64,000 nt of DNA. Origin: Macrostomum lignano. Lineage: Eukaryota. The notes under the pieces were generated by a model. That model was not told the origin of the DNA and did not search any database. It was given only the letters and a program-made list of their open reading frames with translations. The position numbers and the translations under genes are program-made. The stretch spans positions 1 through 64,000 of the forward strand of contig NIVC01001710.1 of assembly GCA_002269645.1 (NCBI GenBank). Direction: 5' to 3'. Below, piece by piece: positions 62,701 to 64,000 of the stretch (position 1 is its first letter; each line of letters starts with the position of its first letter).

Positions 62701-64000
62701 TCCAGGAGAATTTCTACTAGTTCTGATCGATGAACGAACGCCGTCGTGGAGAGTTACAAGTTAAAATGCACTGCCTGTGCGAGCTGCGAGCTGTATTCAC
62801 TGTATTCATAATTGCGTCACAAATATTAATTTCACTGTGAGAATTTTATTTTTATTTGTACACCTGAGCATCTCATGACATTTTTCAGTGCTATAATTAT
62901 TGATAGAAACGATAGGGATGCATGATTAAACGTGTACAGATGTATCATTCGCTTTTTTCTCTGTGCGAAATGTTACTGTCTGTGCATATCGATTAGTCTT
63001 GTAAATCAATTTGATGGATTGCCTGGAAAGTACAGCCTTTTAATTGACAGTGTACGATCAGTGTATCATTTATGTTAAGCTTAATTGCTTTGAAATTTTG
63101 CATCAAGATCAATATTTTTTCATGGTTTATTTTATCAAACAGACCTTATGTTATATTCGGTCGTTTACACAGCATATAAAAATGCTGTGTGTGAATTACT
63201 CGTTACATGTACGAGCTAATTTCAATTAAACCCCTCACACTCATACTTTGGTGTGCTTAAATATCTTCGTCAGAAGTATGTCGTGTAAACATGAAGATAT
63301 ATTAGCATTAGGTAATGTATCTAGCGAACAGTATAGAGATCACCTGGTATACCAGTGCCAAGATTACAAAAGCAGATAAAATAATGCCGTCCGCTCGCAA
63401 ATCTGCTGGCTTAATTTATGAATTAATTTTACACGATACAAGGAATTTCGCAAAAAACTAATGATAGTCGTGGCTGTTATAGAAATCGAAAAATATAAAG
63501 TATATATCTTTCTGGTACAATATCTGGCATGTAAGATCTTCAAAATTGTGCAGCTTTTATGCATGCCATTTAATTAGAAGTATATTAATGATGATATATA
63601 GCTACGTGCATAACATAGAACTTCAGATTATACAAATTGCGTGTAATACAATGACGATCAAAGCGCAAGCATCACGATTGACTTTCGTCGTCTCATAATC
63701 TCATACGTGTAGTATGGTCAGATCTGCACTTTTACGAGCGTACACATGCATGGATAATTAATGTACACACATGTACCTCTGTGTATACGCAGGTTTAATT
63801 TTTATAGTACGCAAACTTTATTATTTTTCATTTCATTAGTCATTAGAGTATTACAGTTTTTGAAAAAAATTAAAACATTATTTTAATTACACAGGACATA
63901 AGGGACATTTTAATGACATAGTTAGTCGCACCTACGCTACATATATGTACATGTACTTTGCTCTGAATTTCTAGTATAAAGTGTACTAACAGCGCTGTCG

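Overview
Eukaryotic (animal) genomic DNA with GT-AG introns and many repeats; not prokaryotic. The style (GC-rich divergent exons, a private minisatellite in many introns) suggests a Macrostomum-like flatworm, but that is an unverified impression. Five spliced host genes were reconstructed by hand; splice phases are consistent except at the 3' end of the mucin. They are: a PLAC8/cornifelin-family gene (+, 2189-2860); a divergent 10-exon PDZ-GEF/RAPGEF2-6 gene (-, 15530-3843); an uncharacterised multi-pass membrane gene (+, 17711-31830) whose 12.5 kb first intron holds three tandem non-autonomous Helitron-like elements; GOT1/GOLT1 (+, 33580-37581); and a MUC13-like repeat-EGF-SEA-EGF-EGF-TM mucin (+, 57218 to at least 62118). 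Mobile elements include a mariner relic, tRNA-derived SINEs, MITE/foldback elements, a composite hAT element, a near-intact Crypton-type tyrosine-recombinase element with GNA-triloop hairpins, and a young full-length Gypsy LTR element. Most notable: (1) a duplicated GOT1 exon3/intron3 fragment in which a single-copy 45-bp intronic unit has expanded to about 165 copies, with its ancestor 4.6 kb away; (2) the Crypton element and related hairpin elements; (3) CpG-depleted, TpA-rich zones just inside the 5' ends of three genes.
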